IMG/VR virus record: IMGVR_UViG_2778261505_000002
DNA: 64,000 nt
Direction: 5' to 3' (one strand)
Source: a virus
Taxonomy: Duplodnaviria; Heunggongvirae; Uroviricota; Caudoviricetes
Shown: positions 10,381 through 18,213 of the stretch, piece after piece
Layout: each line of letters opens with the position of its first letter
How positions within the stretch are numbered: the stretch's first letter is position 1
The notes under the pieces: model-generated
What the model was told of the DNA's origin: nothing
The model's input: the letters and a program-made list of their open reading frames with translations, nothing else
Databases searched by the model: none
Translations under genes and position numbers: made by a program

Positions 10381-10988
10381 TGTACGGAAGCAAGATATAT
10401 CGATCTGACGGGAAGGTCTGGATGTCTCCTTCTTTGTCTCCTATCGTTTTTCAGAGAAAGCAGGTTGTTTCTTTGTCCGGCGGAACAGAGTTTAACACCA
10501 AAATATCTCCAGATCGTTCACCGATTATTTTTGTTGCCTATTCGAAAGCTGTTTCATTAATAGCCAACAGAATAGTGCGTAACAACCAGGTGATTTACAG
10601 TTTCGGAGGTCAGGGTAGCGACTCTAGTGCCACGATATACGTATTTTCGAAAGGTATAGCCAAAAAAGAAACTTGGGGCATGAGTTTTTTCAATGCACAA
10701 GGGGAGGAAATCTATAATACGGCAAATATCCCACTTTCATTTACCTTTCTTAATAATACAGAGTGGAACAGCTCTGGAGGGCATGTTTTTGATTACCCTC
10801 CAGCGATAATCCCAACATATGCGAATGTGTTCGCTGTTCCAGTACCGGGCGGAGCCATGACAATGGTTTATGGATATGCGGCATATGGAAATACTGTTAG
10901 CTCGATATTCGTAAACCAACTTAATGGCGGCCATAGTTTTAGCGTAAATGGCAGAGTACCGGTAATAAATAGAAATCTGTATAACTGA
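10380..10988 (+). CDS. Hypothetical protein (tail-fibre-adjacent, possible fibre accessory or assembly protein)
   Basis: 202-aa ORF whose start abuts the upstream stop; Gly/Ser/Asn/Tyr-rich composition. Confidence 0.4.
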   Translation: MYGSKIYRSDGKVWMSPSLSPIVFQRKQVVSLSGGTEFNTKISPDRSPIIFVAYSKAVSLIANRIVRNNQVIYSFGGQGSDSSATIYVFSKGIAKKETWGMSFFNAQGEEIYNTANIPLSFTFLNNTEWNSSGGHVFDYPPAIIPTYANVFAVPVPGGAMTMVYGYAAYGNTVSSIFVNQLNGGHSFSVNGRVPVINRNLYN

Positions 10989-10995
10989 TGAGTAA

Positions 10996-11229
10996 ATGAT
11001 GAAAAGATTATTTCTAACAATAGCTGTTGTTCTCTCTCTTACTGGCTGCCAGAAATTGCCGACACCTATATGTTATGGTGAAGCTATCATTGGTGGACAG
11101 GAGACAGTCATACCCATATATGCTGTTAAAAAAGTGAACGACTATACCTTATACAAAGCGGGTAGCATCTATAACTGGCGATGGGTTGGAGTAGGTGCTT
11201 TCTCATCAATCGGTTGCAATGCTGAATGA
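10996..11229 (+). CDS. Small lipoprotein; candidate Cor/Llp-like superinfection-exclusion protein
   Basis: Signal peptide with lipobox (LSLTG|C); 77 aa; located immediately downstream of the tail fibre genes. Confidence 0.5.
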   Translation: MMKRLFLTIAVVLSLTGCQKLPTPICYGEAIIGGQETVIPIYAVKKVNDYTLYKAGSIYNWRWVGVGAFSSIGCNAE

Positions 11230-11298
11230 TAGGTAAGTACACACCTACAACAAAAGGGTGAAATGTGATATAAATCCGCCATCCCGATTTGACTTTTC

Positions 11299-11634
11299 AT
11301 GGAGGAAAACATGTCGAACGAGATGGCGGGCGTTACAACAGAGCAAGTTGAGCGTATTGCCGCGATCGTTGCTCGGGAGGTTGTTGGCAAATTAGGTAAA
11401 GAGCTACGTGAAGAAATTGGCCAGGAGGTCAATGATCAGCTGAAAACCTACTTTGGTGATATGACCCCGGCGCAACATAGTATTCAACACTCCAATCTGG
11501 ACAAACTCCTTAACCGGTTAGATTCCATCTCAAGTGGGTTCTTTGGCGGCATTGTTTCTAAAATAACGTCGTTCATTATTACCGCACTGCTTTTGGGGTT
11601 AGCCGCGTATGGCGTAAAAAGTGGACTGCAATAA
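11299..11634 (+). CDS. Hypothetical membrane protein; candidate holin
   Basis: 111 aa, soluble N-terminal part and one C-terminal TM helix; first gene of the putative lysis cassette. Confidence 0.35.
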   Translation: MEENMSNEMAGVTTEQVERIAAIVAREVVGKLGKELREEIGQEVNDQLKTYFGDMTPAQHSIQHSNLDKLLNRLDSISSGFFGGIVSKITSFIITALLLGLAAYGVKSGLQ

Positions 11635-11647
11635 CAGGAGATCAAGG

Positions 11648-12340
11648 ATGAAGACTCCGAGAGGCATTCGTAATAATAACCCCGGTAATCTTGATAAAGG
11701 ATCACCGTGGCAAGGTCTGGTTGCGAATCCAGACGAACCGCGCTTTTGCACGTTTAAAGACCCTGTTTGGGGGATTCGTGCGCTGGCGGTGACTCTAATT
11801 ACCTACCACGACAAACGTCGCGCAAAAGACGGCTCAAGTATCGATACCATTCGTGAAGTTATTGAACGTTGGGCACCGCCGAATGAAAACAATACTGACG
11901 CCTACATTAATGAGGTGTCTAAAGCCGTTGGTGTAACCGCAGACATGATCATCGATCTGCATGATTACGACATCCTTCGACCTTTGGTTGAGGCAATCAT
12001 TCGCCACGAGAATGGCCGAGGCCCGCTAAAAACGCTGAACACCTGGTATGCGGCAGAAGTTATTGAGGAAGGTCTGCGTCGAGCTGGCGTTGTTAAGCCG
12101 GTGAAAACCGTGAAGGCTGTTCCTGTAACTAAAGAAACCGCAGGCGCAACTGTTACAGCAGGTATTGGTCTGGCGCAGCTGGCCGATGTTATGCCGCAGG
12201 TTTCCGCTGCTATGGATAAAGCACAAGGTCATATCTCTAGCGGGGATACAGTACGCATCATCTTCGGTATTGCCACTATTGTTGTGGCAGGATTCATTGC
12301 CTGGTCGCAGGTAAGAAAACACCAGAAAGGGATGGTCTAA
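11648..12340 (+). CDS. Hypothetical protein with C-terminal TM anchor; candidate endolysin by position only
   Basis: Start chosen at the ATG preceded by AGGAG (the track ORF begins 27 nt earlier at 11621); conserved-looking N-terminal RNNNPGN motif; lies between the holin candidate and Rz/Rz1. Confidence 0.4.
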   Translation: MKTPRGIRNNNPGNLDKGSPWQGLVANPDEPRFCTFKDPVWGIRALAVTLITYHDKRRAKDGSSIDTIREVIERWAPPNENNTDAYINEVSKAVGVTADMIIDLHDYDILRPLVEAIIRHENGRGPLKTLNTWYAAEVIEEGLRRAGVVKPVKTVKAVPVTKETAGATVTAGIGLAQLADVMPQVSAAMDKAQGHISSGDTVRIIFGIATIVVAGFIAWSQVRKHQKGMV

Positions 12341-12341
12341 T

Positions 12342-12593
12342 ATGCTAGGCAGCCTGATGACAAAGCTAAAAGTTGCTTTGATTACGCTGGCTGCCGTTCT
12401 TTTCGTTCTTGTCGGCGCTTACACGATGGGCGGGAATGCGGCGCGACGAGCAATGGAAGAGAAGGCAAAACAGGAAGACAGAAAACGACTTCAAAGCACA
12501 GTGGAAGTGGTGAATGAGACGAGCAATAAAATACGTCAGAAAGATGCTTCTGCCGTTCATCGTGAGTTGTATGATAAGTGGGTGCGTCATTAA
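12342..12593 (+). CDS. i-spanin (Rz-like)
   Basis: N-terminal TM helix followed by a charged coiled-coil region; a +1-frame lipoprotein ORF overlaps its 3' end. Confidence 0.7.
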   Translation: MLGSLMTKLKVALITLAAVLFVLVGAYTMGGNAARRAMEEKAKQEDRKRLQSTVEVVNETSNKIRQKDASAVHRELYDKWVRH

Positions 12594-12729
12594 ACCACAA
12601 ACCGCCAGCGTATTGTTCTGCGATGGAGCTGGGCCTATCTATATCAGCAATAATGATGTGATGACCGAAGAAACCGAACGCCAAATCCTTTTTCACAATA
12701 CGATGGGAGAGAGAGTTTGCGGTTGGTGA
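12544..12729 (+). CDS. o-spanin (Rz1-like outer-membrane lipoprotein)
   Basis: Lipobox (MISG|C) in an ORF overlapping the 3' end of the Rz-like gene in another frame; start set at the internal Met before the signal peptide (track ORF begins at 12514). Confidence 0.65.
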   Translation: MLLPFIVSCMISGCVIKPQTASVLFCDGAGPIYISNNDVMTEETERQILFHNTMGERVCGW

Positions 12730-12738
12730 TGCGAAGTT

Positions 12739-12754
12739 CCCCTCACTTGAGGGG
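12739..12754. terminator. Hairpin between convergent genes (candidate bidirectional terminator)
   Basis: CCCCTC-ACTT-GAGGGG stem-loop between the Rz1 stop and the stop of the minus-strand GNAT gene. Confidence 0.4.
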
Positions 12755-12760
12755 AGTACA

Positions 12761-13282
12761 TTATTCTTCGAACAATTTTTCGATAGATTTTGTAGGATAG
12801 AACAAAGAACGCTCGTTGTTACCAACCAGCTGGATAAAGTCTAAACTTTTATAAAACGCCTTGGCTTTGTCATTTAACGCCTCAACGAAAAGTCCATGAA
12901 TGCCTACAGCAAGAGATGCATTGTACACAACGCGCATTGCATGTGTTACAAGCATTGAGCCAAATCCTTGACCTTGAAGGGACTTGTCCAAAGCCAGCCT
13001 ACCCAAAGTAACACTTGGAACATTCCGATAAGGTACCTTCTTTTGCTGGCTTCTTGAAGGTAAGGACTCCTTTTCAAAGCAGCTACCTGACAAAGTGTAA
13101 TACCCTAACACTTTTGGTCTGCCTTCTTTCGTGCAAAGCACATAAGCGCGAAGAATTTTTCCCTCATGCTGCCTTTTTAAGTGGTTGGTTAAAAAGGCAT
13201 TTAGTGATTCTTCACCGCAATCAAAACCATTCAAATCATAATCTTTCTCTCCAGAGAAAATTTCTATCTTTATATTATCCAC
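12761..13282 (-). CDS. GNAT-family acetyltransferase toxin (TacT/AtaT/KacT-like)
   Basis: GNAT fold motifs (QGQGFGSML, acetyl-CoA binding region); 173 aa; immediately downstream of a DUF1778-type RHH antitoxin gene. Confidence 0.8.
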   Translation of the reverse strand: MDNIKIEIFSGEKDYDLNGFDCGEESLNAFLTNHLKRQHEGKILRAYVLCTKEGRPKVLGYYTLSGSCFEKESLPSRSQQKKVPYRNVPSVTLGRLALDKSLQGQGFGSMLVTHAMRVVYNASLAVGIHGLFVEALNDKAKAFYKSLDFIQLVGNNERSLFYPTKSIEKLFEE

Positions 13283-13289
13283 GAGTAAA

Positions 13290-13559
13290 CTACTCCATGC
13301 TTTTCAGACGATCAGCAGCTCGTTTCAGCTTGTCGTTCGGTGCCGGAGGATTGCTTATAGCGTCCATAACCAGATTCCAGGATTCTTCATTCAGAACTAG
13401 TCTACGGTGTTGCTCTATAACTTTCACGGCACGTTCAGATGCACTGCTAACCATAAACTGAGTAATGCTCTGGTTAGACATTGCGGCAGCTTCCTCGATG
13501 ATGCTTTTATCGTCATCGGTTAATCTCAAATCGATGCGCTGCTTTTTTAGTGCTGACAT
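13290..13559 (-). CDS. RHH antitoxin (TacA/DUF1778-like) of the GNAT toxin
   Basis: About 90 aa; start set at the ATG preceded by AGGAGG (track ORF extends to 13598); operonic with and upstream of the GNAT gene. Confidence 0.75.
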   Translation of the reverse strand: MSALKKQRIDLRLTDDDKSIIEEAAAMSNQSITQFMVSSASERAVKVIEQHRRLVLNEESWNLVMDAISNPPAPNDKLKRAADRLKSME

Positions 13560-13877
13560 GTATTCCTCCTGATGGCCGTGATGTAGGAAGGCCATCAATC
13601 TCCTCTGTTCAAACTGAGTTTTCGACTCAAAAATTACTTTAAAAGGCTATAGCCCATTACGTGTGCATTATCAAATTGTGTACGGCATATCACCGTACTT
13701 GTAATATAGAGGTCATTGTTACTTTTTTCAACAGACAAATACAAGCTATGTTTGCCAATTGTTAATCACAACCTACCATTTAACCTTTACACCGCAGCCG
13801 TAGGCATTTAGGCTATATCACATATAAGAAAACAAGTTGTTTCAGACGATAATTATATACGCAAAGGGAACTCTCCA

Positions 13878-14546
13878 ATGACCAAGATCTTTGTGGTTGG
13901 CGGCACAAAGGGCGGGCCTGGCAAATCCACCGTTGCCCAGCAAATTGCCGTTTGCCTGAAAGTCAAAAAGAAGAAGAAGGTTTATATTACCGATATAGAT
14001 ATTCAGCGCACGACAACGAGCTGGTGTGAAGACCGTCGACAGAACGAAGACCTTGAGCTGATTCCTTTTGCATACGTTCAGGATGACATCATTAAGCACC
14101 TAAAATCGCTTCAGGGTAGAGCTGAGTTTGTAGTGGTAGATGCTGGTGGCTTCGACTCCGAAATTCAGCGACAAGCGATGCTGATGGCTGACGTTATCAT
14201 TATCCCGCTGCGTCCTAAGCGTCGTGATTTGAAATCTTTACGTGACATCGATCCTATTATCGACAATGTTCGCAATGTAAACGATAAAGTGAAGGTCCGC
14301 GCGGTCATGAACCAGTGCCCGGCTTTGCCATCACAAGTGTCTCGCATTCTGGCGGCTAAAGAGATTGTTGAGACGTTTGGAATCGAGTCTGCGCCAGTCA
14401 ATCTATATAACCGCAACGTCTATGATGATGCGGAAGAGTCTGGTCGTTCTATCTTTGAAATGACCGGTAGCGAGCGCGACAAAAAGGCGGAAGCCGAGTT
14501 TGAAGAATTTGTAGATTATCTGTTGAGTCTGGAGGAAGAAGAATAA
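13878..14546 (+). CDS. parA: ParA-family partition ATPase
   Basis: Deviant Walker A (GGTKGGPGKST); 222 aa; followed by a small basic ParB/ParG-like gene whose start overlaps the parA stop. Confidence 0.85.
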   Translation: MTKIFVVGGTKGGPGKSTVAQQIAVCLKVKKKKKVYITDIDIQRTTTSWCEDRRQNEDLELIPFAYVQDDIIKHLKSLQGRAEFVVVDAGGFDSEIQRQAMLMADVIIIPLRPKRRDLKSLRDIDPIIDNVRNVNDKVKVRAVMNQCPALPSQVSRILAAKEIVETFGIESAPVNLYNRNVYDDAEESGRSIFEMTGSERDKKAEAEFEEFVDYLLSLEEEE

Positions 14547-14905
14547 TGTCCATGAAAATGGGTGACCTAGCAAAGCGCAAAGAGCCTGATGCACCGGCTA
14601 AGAACACAACTCCTTTGCGCCAACCAGTCAGACCACAGGGACGCCCGACTCGTGGCAAAGAGAAAATTAAAAGCCGCACAATGTCACTGGAGGACGAATA
14701 CTTCGAACTGCTGGAGATGATGAAGTTCATCCCTCGCTTCGAGAAGTTCACTCGTTCTGACGTGATTCGAGCAGCCATTTTCCATCTGGCAGAGAAGTCA
14801 CCGCAGGAAATCGAGGACATCGTGAAATTGAATGAGGCGATCACCGCTGCCGATGTCACGATGCGTACCGATGAAATCAAACGAGAGTTGATGAAGAAAG
14901 GTTAA
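14546..14905 (+). CDS. Small centromere-binding partition protein (ParG/ParB-like, type Ib)
   Basis: 119 aa, basic N-terminal tail, operonic with parA (overlapping start/stop). Confidence 0.6.
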   Translation: MSMKMGDLAKRKEPDAPAKNTTPLRQPVRPQGRPTRGKEKIKSRTMSLEDEYFELLEMMKFIPRFEKFTRSDVIRAAIFHLAEKSPQEIEDIVKLNEAITAADVTMRTDEIKRELMKKG

Positions 14906-14910
14906 AAATC

Positions 14911-14941
14911 ATGCATTGGCGCGTACATTGCGCCAATGCAT
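14911..14941. terminator. 12-bp perfect hairpin between convergent genes (terminator or protein-binding site)
   Basis: ATGCATTGGCGC-GTACATT-GCGCCAATGCAT; a T-run follows on the minus strand. Confidence 0.5.
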
Positions 14942-14957
14942 AACTACAGTGTCAGCT

Positions 14958-15725
14958 TTATGCCGCGCTAACACTATGTTCAGTCCTAACCACCCCAACC
15001 TTCACAAAAGGGCTACCGTAGCTTGGTGGCTTCTTGATTAATTTGCCTACATACAGTTTTCTAATATGCTCATCGGCTATTCTGCCAACAAATTCATAAC
15101 GTTTTGTGTCGGGGCCAAGAGCTATATCCCTTGTAAAGTACTGCTGAGAACCGGCTTTGACCCAGCATTCAATCTGATAAACTTCCATTATCAGCCCACC
15201 ATATGTAGCGTAGGCATATTTGAGATTCTCGTCTCTTGGAACCTTTGCCCATACGCCACGCGTAGCTTCATATAATGCCAGAGCGGACATTCCTGACTTG
15301 TAGGTGCTGTTTAGCAGGAAGGCAAGACCGGCGTGCTCAGGAGCAATTTCAGTTTCCTCTTGCAGCACTAAGTGATGGTAGGCGTCTAGTGATATTCTGC
15401 CCATCATGGAACCACTTCCTCGTACCTTATTCGTAAGCTCTCCGACCCCCATAAGGTCGATGCATGTCGCCTCAACAAGTTTGGCTGTGGTTTCATCCAT
15501 ACCATGACGAAGTATATCTATGCCTAATTTTTTATTAGCCAAAAGTTCTTTGATCCGCATGGATTTGGGAGAGTCATCGGGATACTTGATGTGATCGAGA
15601 CAACGAGTCGATTTGCCTTTTCCTATGTAAAACGGTCTTTTCATCTTGTCTTCTGTATCATAGAGACAGTAAACATAGTATTTAGCCTTATCCAATGATC
15701 TCGCGTATACCGATAAATCGTCCAT
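14958..15725 (-). CDS. GIY-YIG nuclease-domain protein
   Basis: N-terminal YVYCLYD...PFYIGKGK motif (GIY-YIG); 255 aa; isolated on the minus strand. Confidence 0.6.
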   Translation of the reverse strand: MDDLSVYARSLDKAKYYVYCLYDTEDKMKRPFYIGKGKSTRCLDHIKYPDDSPKSMRIKELLANKKLGIDILRHGMDETTAKLVEATCIDLMGVGELTNKVRGSGSMMGRISLDAYHHLVLQEETEIAPEHAGLAFLLNSTYKSGMSALALYEATRGVWAKVPRDENLKYAYATYGGLIMEVYQIECWVKAGSQQYFTRDIALGPDTKRYEFVGRIADEHIRKLYVGKLIKKPPSYGSPFVKVGVVRTEHSVSAA

Positions 15726-15837
15726 TATTGCATCTCTTTGCTACTGACTAATGCGTTCTATTTTACACATAAGTTTTTAATCAATTTAACAGGCTCAAAG
15801 TGTAGAGCTTCTGGGCGTCTAAGACGACAAGTTATGC

Positions 15838-15892
15838 CTGCTTCCGTATATATAAATAATAAGTAACTTATTAAATATATACGGAAGCAGGT
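15838..15892. repeat. Large palindrome (17-bp inverted arms around an AT-rich palindromic core)
   Basis: CCTGCTTCCGTATATAT ... ATATATACGGAAGCAGG; a near-identical element recurs at 61770-61825. Confidence 0.7.
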
Positions 15893-15998
15893 CTTTTAAA
15901 AGACACCACCAGAACAACTCCCTTCCGTTTCCACTTCCAAAAACTGCCACCAGTCGCTATCATCCGCTCATTGTGATAAGTAAGTAACTACCTACCAG

Positions 15999-16748
15999 GT
16001 GAGCCACATGAGCCAAATCTTTTTCGATACCATCGACAACGACCAGTACGACTTCATGACAGAGTGGAATACCGCTGTTATGGACAAGTGGGTCGCTGAA
16101 AACATTGGTTTGTCGCGCTGTAAAGACGAGGCTGAACTCTTCGAGACGAAGTGGTTTGATTACCGCGACATGCATCCTCTCATGGCCACCTGTCTTTTTA
16201 CGGAGGCATACAAACGTCAGTACTCAAATATCATGCTGACGCACGGTCGCGAACACTTTGAAACAGCTCCGTTCACCACCGGGTTAAAACGTCTGCCTTA
16301 TCAGGAGTTGTCGACTGCCAATAAAACGTCGCTATGGAAAGCACGCCAGTTTGCGGATCGCTATTGCTGCTCATACGACTACTTTATCTCCACCGTTCTT
16401 TCCGCAGCTGCACGACGGCTGTGGGACAAGCTGCCGCGCCCACAGCATTTATGGCAGCCAGAACTGATTGAGATATTTGAAGAGAAATTAGCCAGACGCG
16501 CAACAACCCGTCTGGATGACTCTCTGGTTAGCTTTAAGCATATGGGAGACATGCAGTTCAACCCGATTCAGGAAAGCTATTTTGAGTGGATTCTGGAGCG
16601 TTTGCGCACCATCCCTCGCAGCAAGCGCATACGCGCAATTTTCTCCGCTATCTGGCTAATGGAAATCGTTCCAGAGCGCCTTATTTCCGCCCACTTTCCA
16701 GAAGAACTGGAAGAAGCACGGCGGTTTATTGATCCCCTATCTAATTAA
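15999..16748 (+). CDS. Hypothetical protein (first gene of the replication block; possible helicase loader)
   Basis: 249-aa ORF directly upstream of the DnaB-like helicase; no motif recognised. Confidence 0.4.
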   Translation: MSHMSQIFFDTIDNDQYDFMTEWNTAVMDKWVAENIGLSRCKDEAELFETKWFDYRDMHPLMATCLFTEAYKRQYSNIMLTHGREHFETAPFTTGLKRLPYQELSTANKTSLWKARQFADRYCCSYDYFISTVLSAAARRLWDKLPRPQHLWQPELIEIFEEKLARRATTRLDDSLVSFKHMGDMQFNPIQESYFEWILERLRTIPRSKRIRAIFSAIWLMEIVPERLISAHFPEELEEARRFIDPLSN

Positions 16749-16791
16749 CTAATACTAGAAAACAATTTGTTTAAAAAACAAAGGAAAGCAC

Positions 16792-18132
16792 ATGACCGAA
16801 CTTTGCCATACAGGACGCGGGCTGTCCGAAGAATTTGATGAAGATTTCCAGAACAGACTGACGGCATATTTTTGTCGTGATCACGAGTTTCTTACTCGTG
16901 CGGGAGATCTGGTTGTGCCTAGCCAGTTTGCCAATGCGGCCAATGCCATATTGGTTAATATGGTTTCGGGCTATTACCGTATGTACAAGAGCGCGCCCTC
17001 TTCATCTGCAATTCTGGATATGCTTAAGCGTGCGAAACGCGATAAGACTATCCGTGAGGAACTATTCGCCGATGTTGTTGCTGCGTTTAAGCGCATCCTT
17101 GCAGAAAAATTGTCCGATACCTCGTACATGGTTGACCAGGTATCAACCTTCGCAAAAAGTGTAGCGTTTGATGATGCTCTGATTAAGGCTGCTGAACTGA
17201 AAGAGAAAGGCGACTTTCAGGGGGCGATGGCAATCATGGCCAAGGTTCAGCAGATTGGATCGAACGAAGCGACCGGAATCTATGACTACTACACCTCCGC
17301 AAGTGAGCGATTGAAAGCGCGTGAATATGAGGCTTCAGAGGAGTATGTACCAAACAGTATTACAACTGGACTCCCTCTTCTCGATAGGTTGCTGTACCAA
17401 AAAGGCTGGGCAAAGCGCGAAATGGTGCTCTTCATGGGGTTCGCTAAATCCGGTAAATCGACCGCAATGGGGGAGTTTTCCATAAACGCAACACTTGCTG
17501 GCTACAATGTTCTGTATCTCTCGCTGGAGGTTCACACCACCATTTTATCCGACCGTTTTGATGCAAGATTGTCGGAGACGGAAATGTCCAAGTTGGTGGA
17601 ACGGCGCGATGAAGTTCATCGTAAGTTGGCAGAGTTGGGAGCCTCTAAGGGGATTGGTAGTTTGTGGGTTGTTGAGCGTCCGTCAGGAAGTATGTCACCG
17701 GCAGATCTGGACCGTATGCTTAACAGTATGAAAGCCAATGGCATGGTGCCTGACATGGTTGTTGTCGACTACGCAGATTTGATGCGTGCCAGTTATGACC
17801 TTCGTGATGATCGCGCCAACATTCGTAGTATCTACACCGATTTACGTGCTCTTTATGACAAGCATAACGTTGCTGGGATCACGGCATCGCAGACAAACCG
17901 TGAAGGTGGCGCGTCAGAAGTTGCCACAATGATGCACGCTGCCGACAACATCGAAAAAGTACGTATTGCTGACCTGGTAATAACGATCAACAAAACCGAA
18001 GAAGAAGAAGCGAAAGGAGAGGCTCGTCTCTACTTTGCTGGTTCACGTAACCAGCAGGGAGGGATCAGCATTCGCGTTAAACAAAACCTCGAACAAATGC
18101 GCTTCATTGAGCGAATCTTAGACGTTACCTAA
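16792..18132 (+). CDS. Replicative DNA helicase (DnaB-like, RecA-fold C-terminal domain)
   Basis: Walker A GFAKSGKST, Walker B VVVDYADLM, and arginine-finger region (ASQTNREG). Confidence 0.8.
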   Translation: MTELCHTGRGLSEEFDEDFQNRLTAYFCRDHEFLTRAGDLVVPSQFANAANAILVNMVSGYYRMYKSAPSSSAILDMLKRAKRDKTIREELFADVVAAFKRILAEKLSDTSYMVDQVSTFAKSVAFDDALIKAAELKEKGDFQGAMAIMAKVQQIGSNEATGIYDYYTSASERLKAREYEASEEYVPNSITTGLPLLDRLLYQKGWAKREMVLFMGFAKSGKSTAMGEFSINATLAGYNVLYLSLEVHTTILSDRFDARLSETEMSKLVERRDEVHRKLAELGASKGIGSLWVVERPSGSMSPADLDRMLNSMKANGMVPDMVVVDYADLMRASYDLRDDRANIRSIYTDLRALYDKHNVAGITASQTNREGGASEVATMMHAADNIEKVRIADLVITINKTEEEEAKGEARLYFAGSRNQQGGISIRVKQNLEQMRFIERILDVT

Positions 18133-18213
18133 AAAATAAGCGTGGAGAACACCTCCACGCTTGATTCATTGGTGAAACAACTTTTCTTTTGCCAAACCAC
18201 AAAAGAAAAACAC

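Noticed and set aside
16877-17164. 95-aa alternative-frame ORF inside the helicase gene
   Set aside because: Same-strand overlap within a motif-supported gene; no RBS
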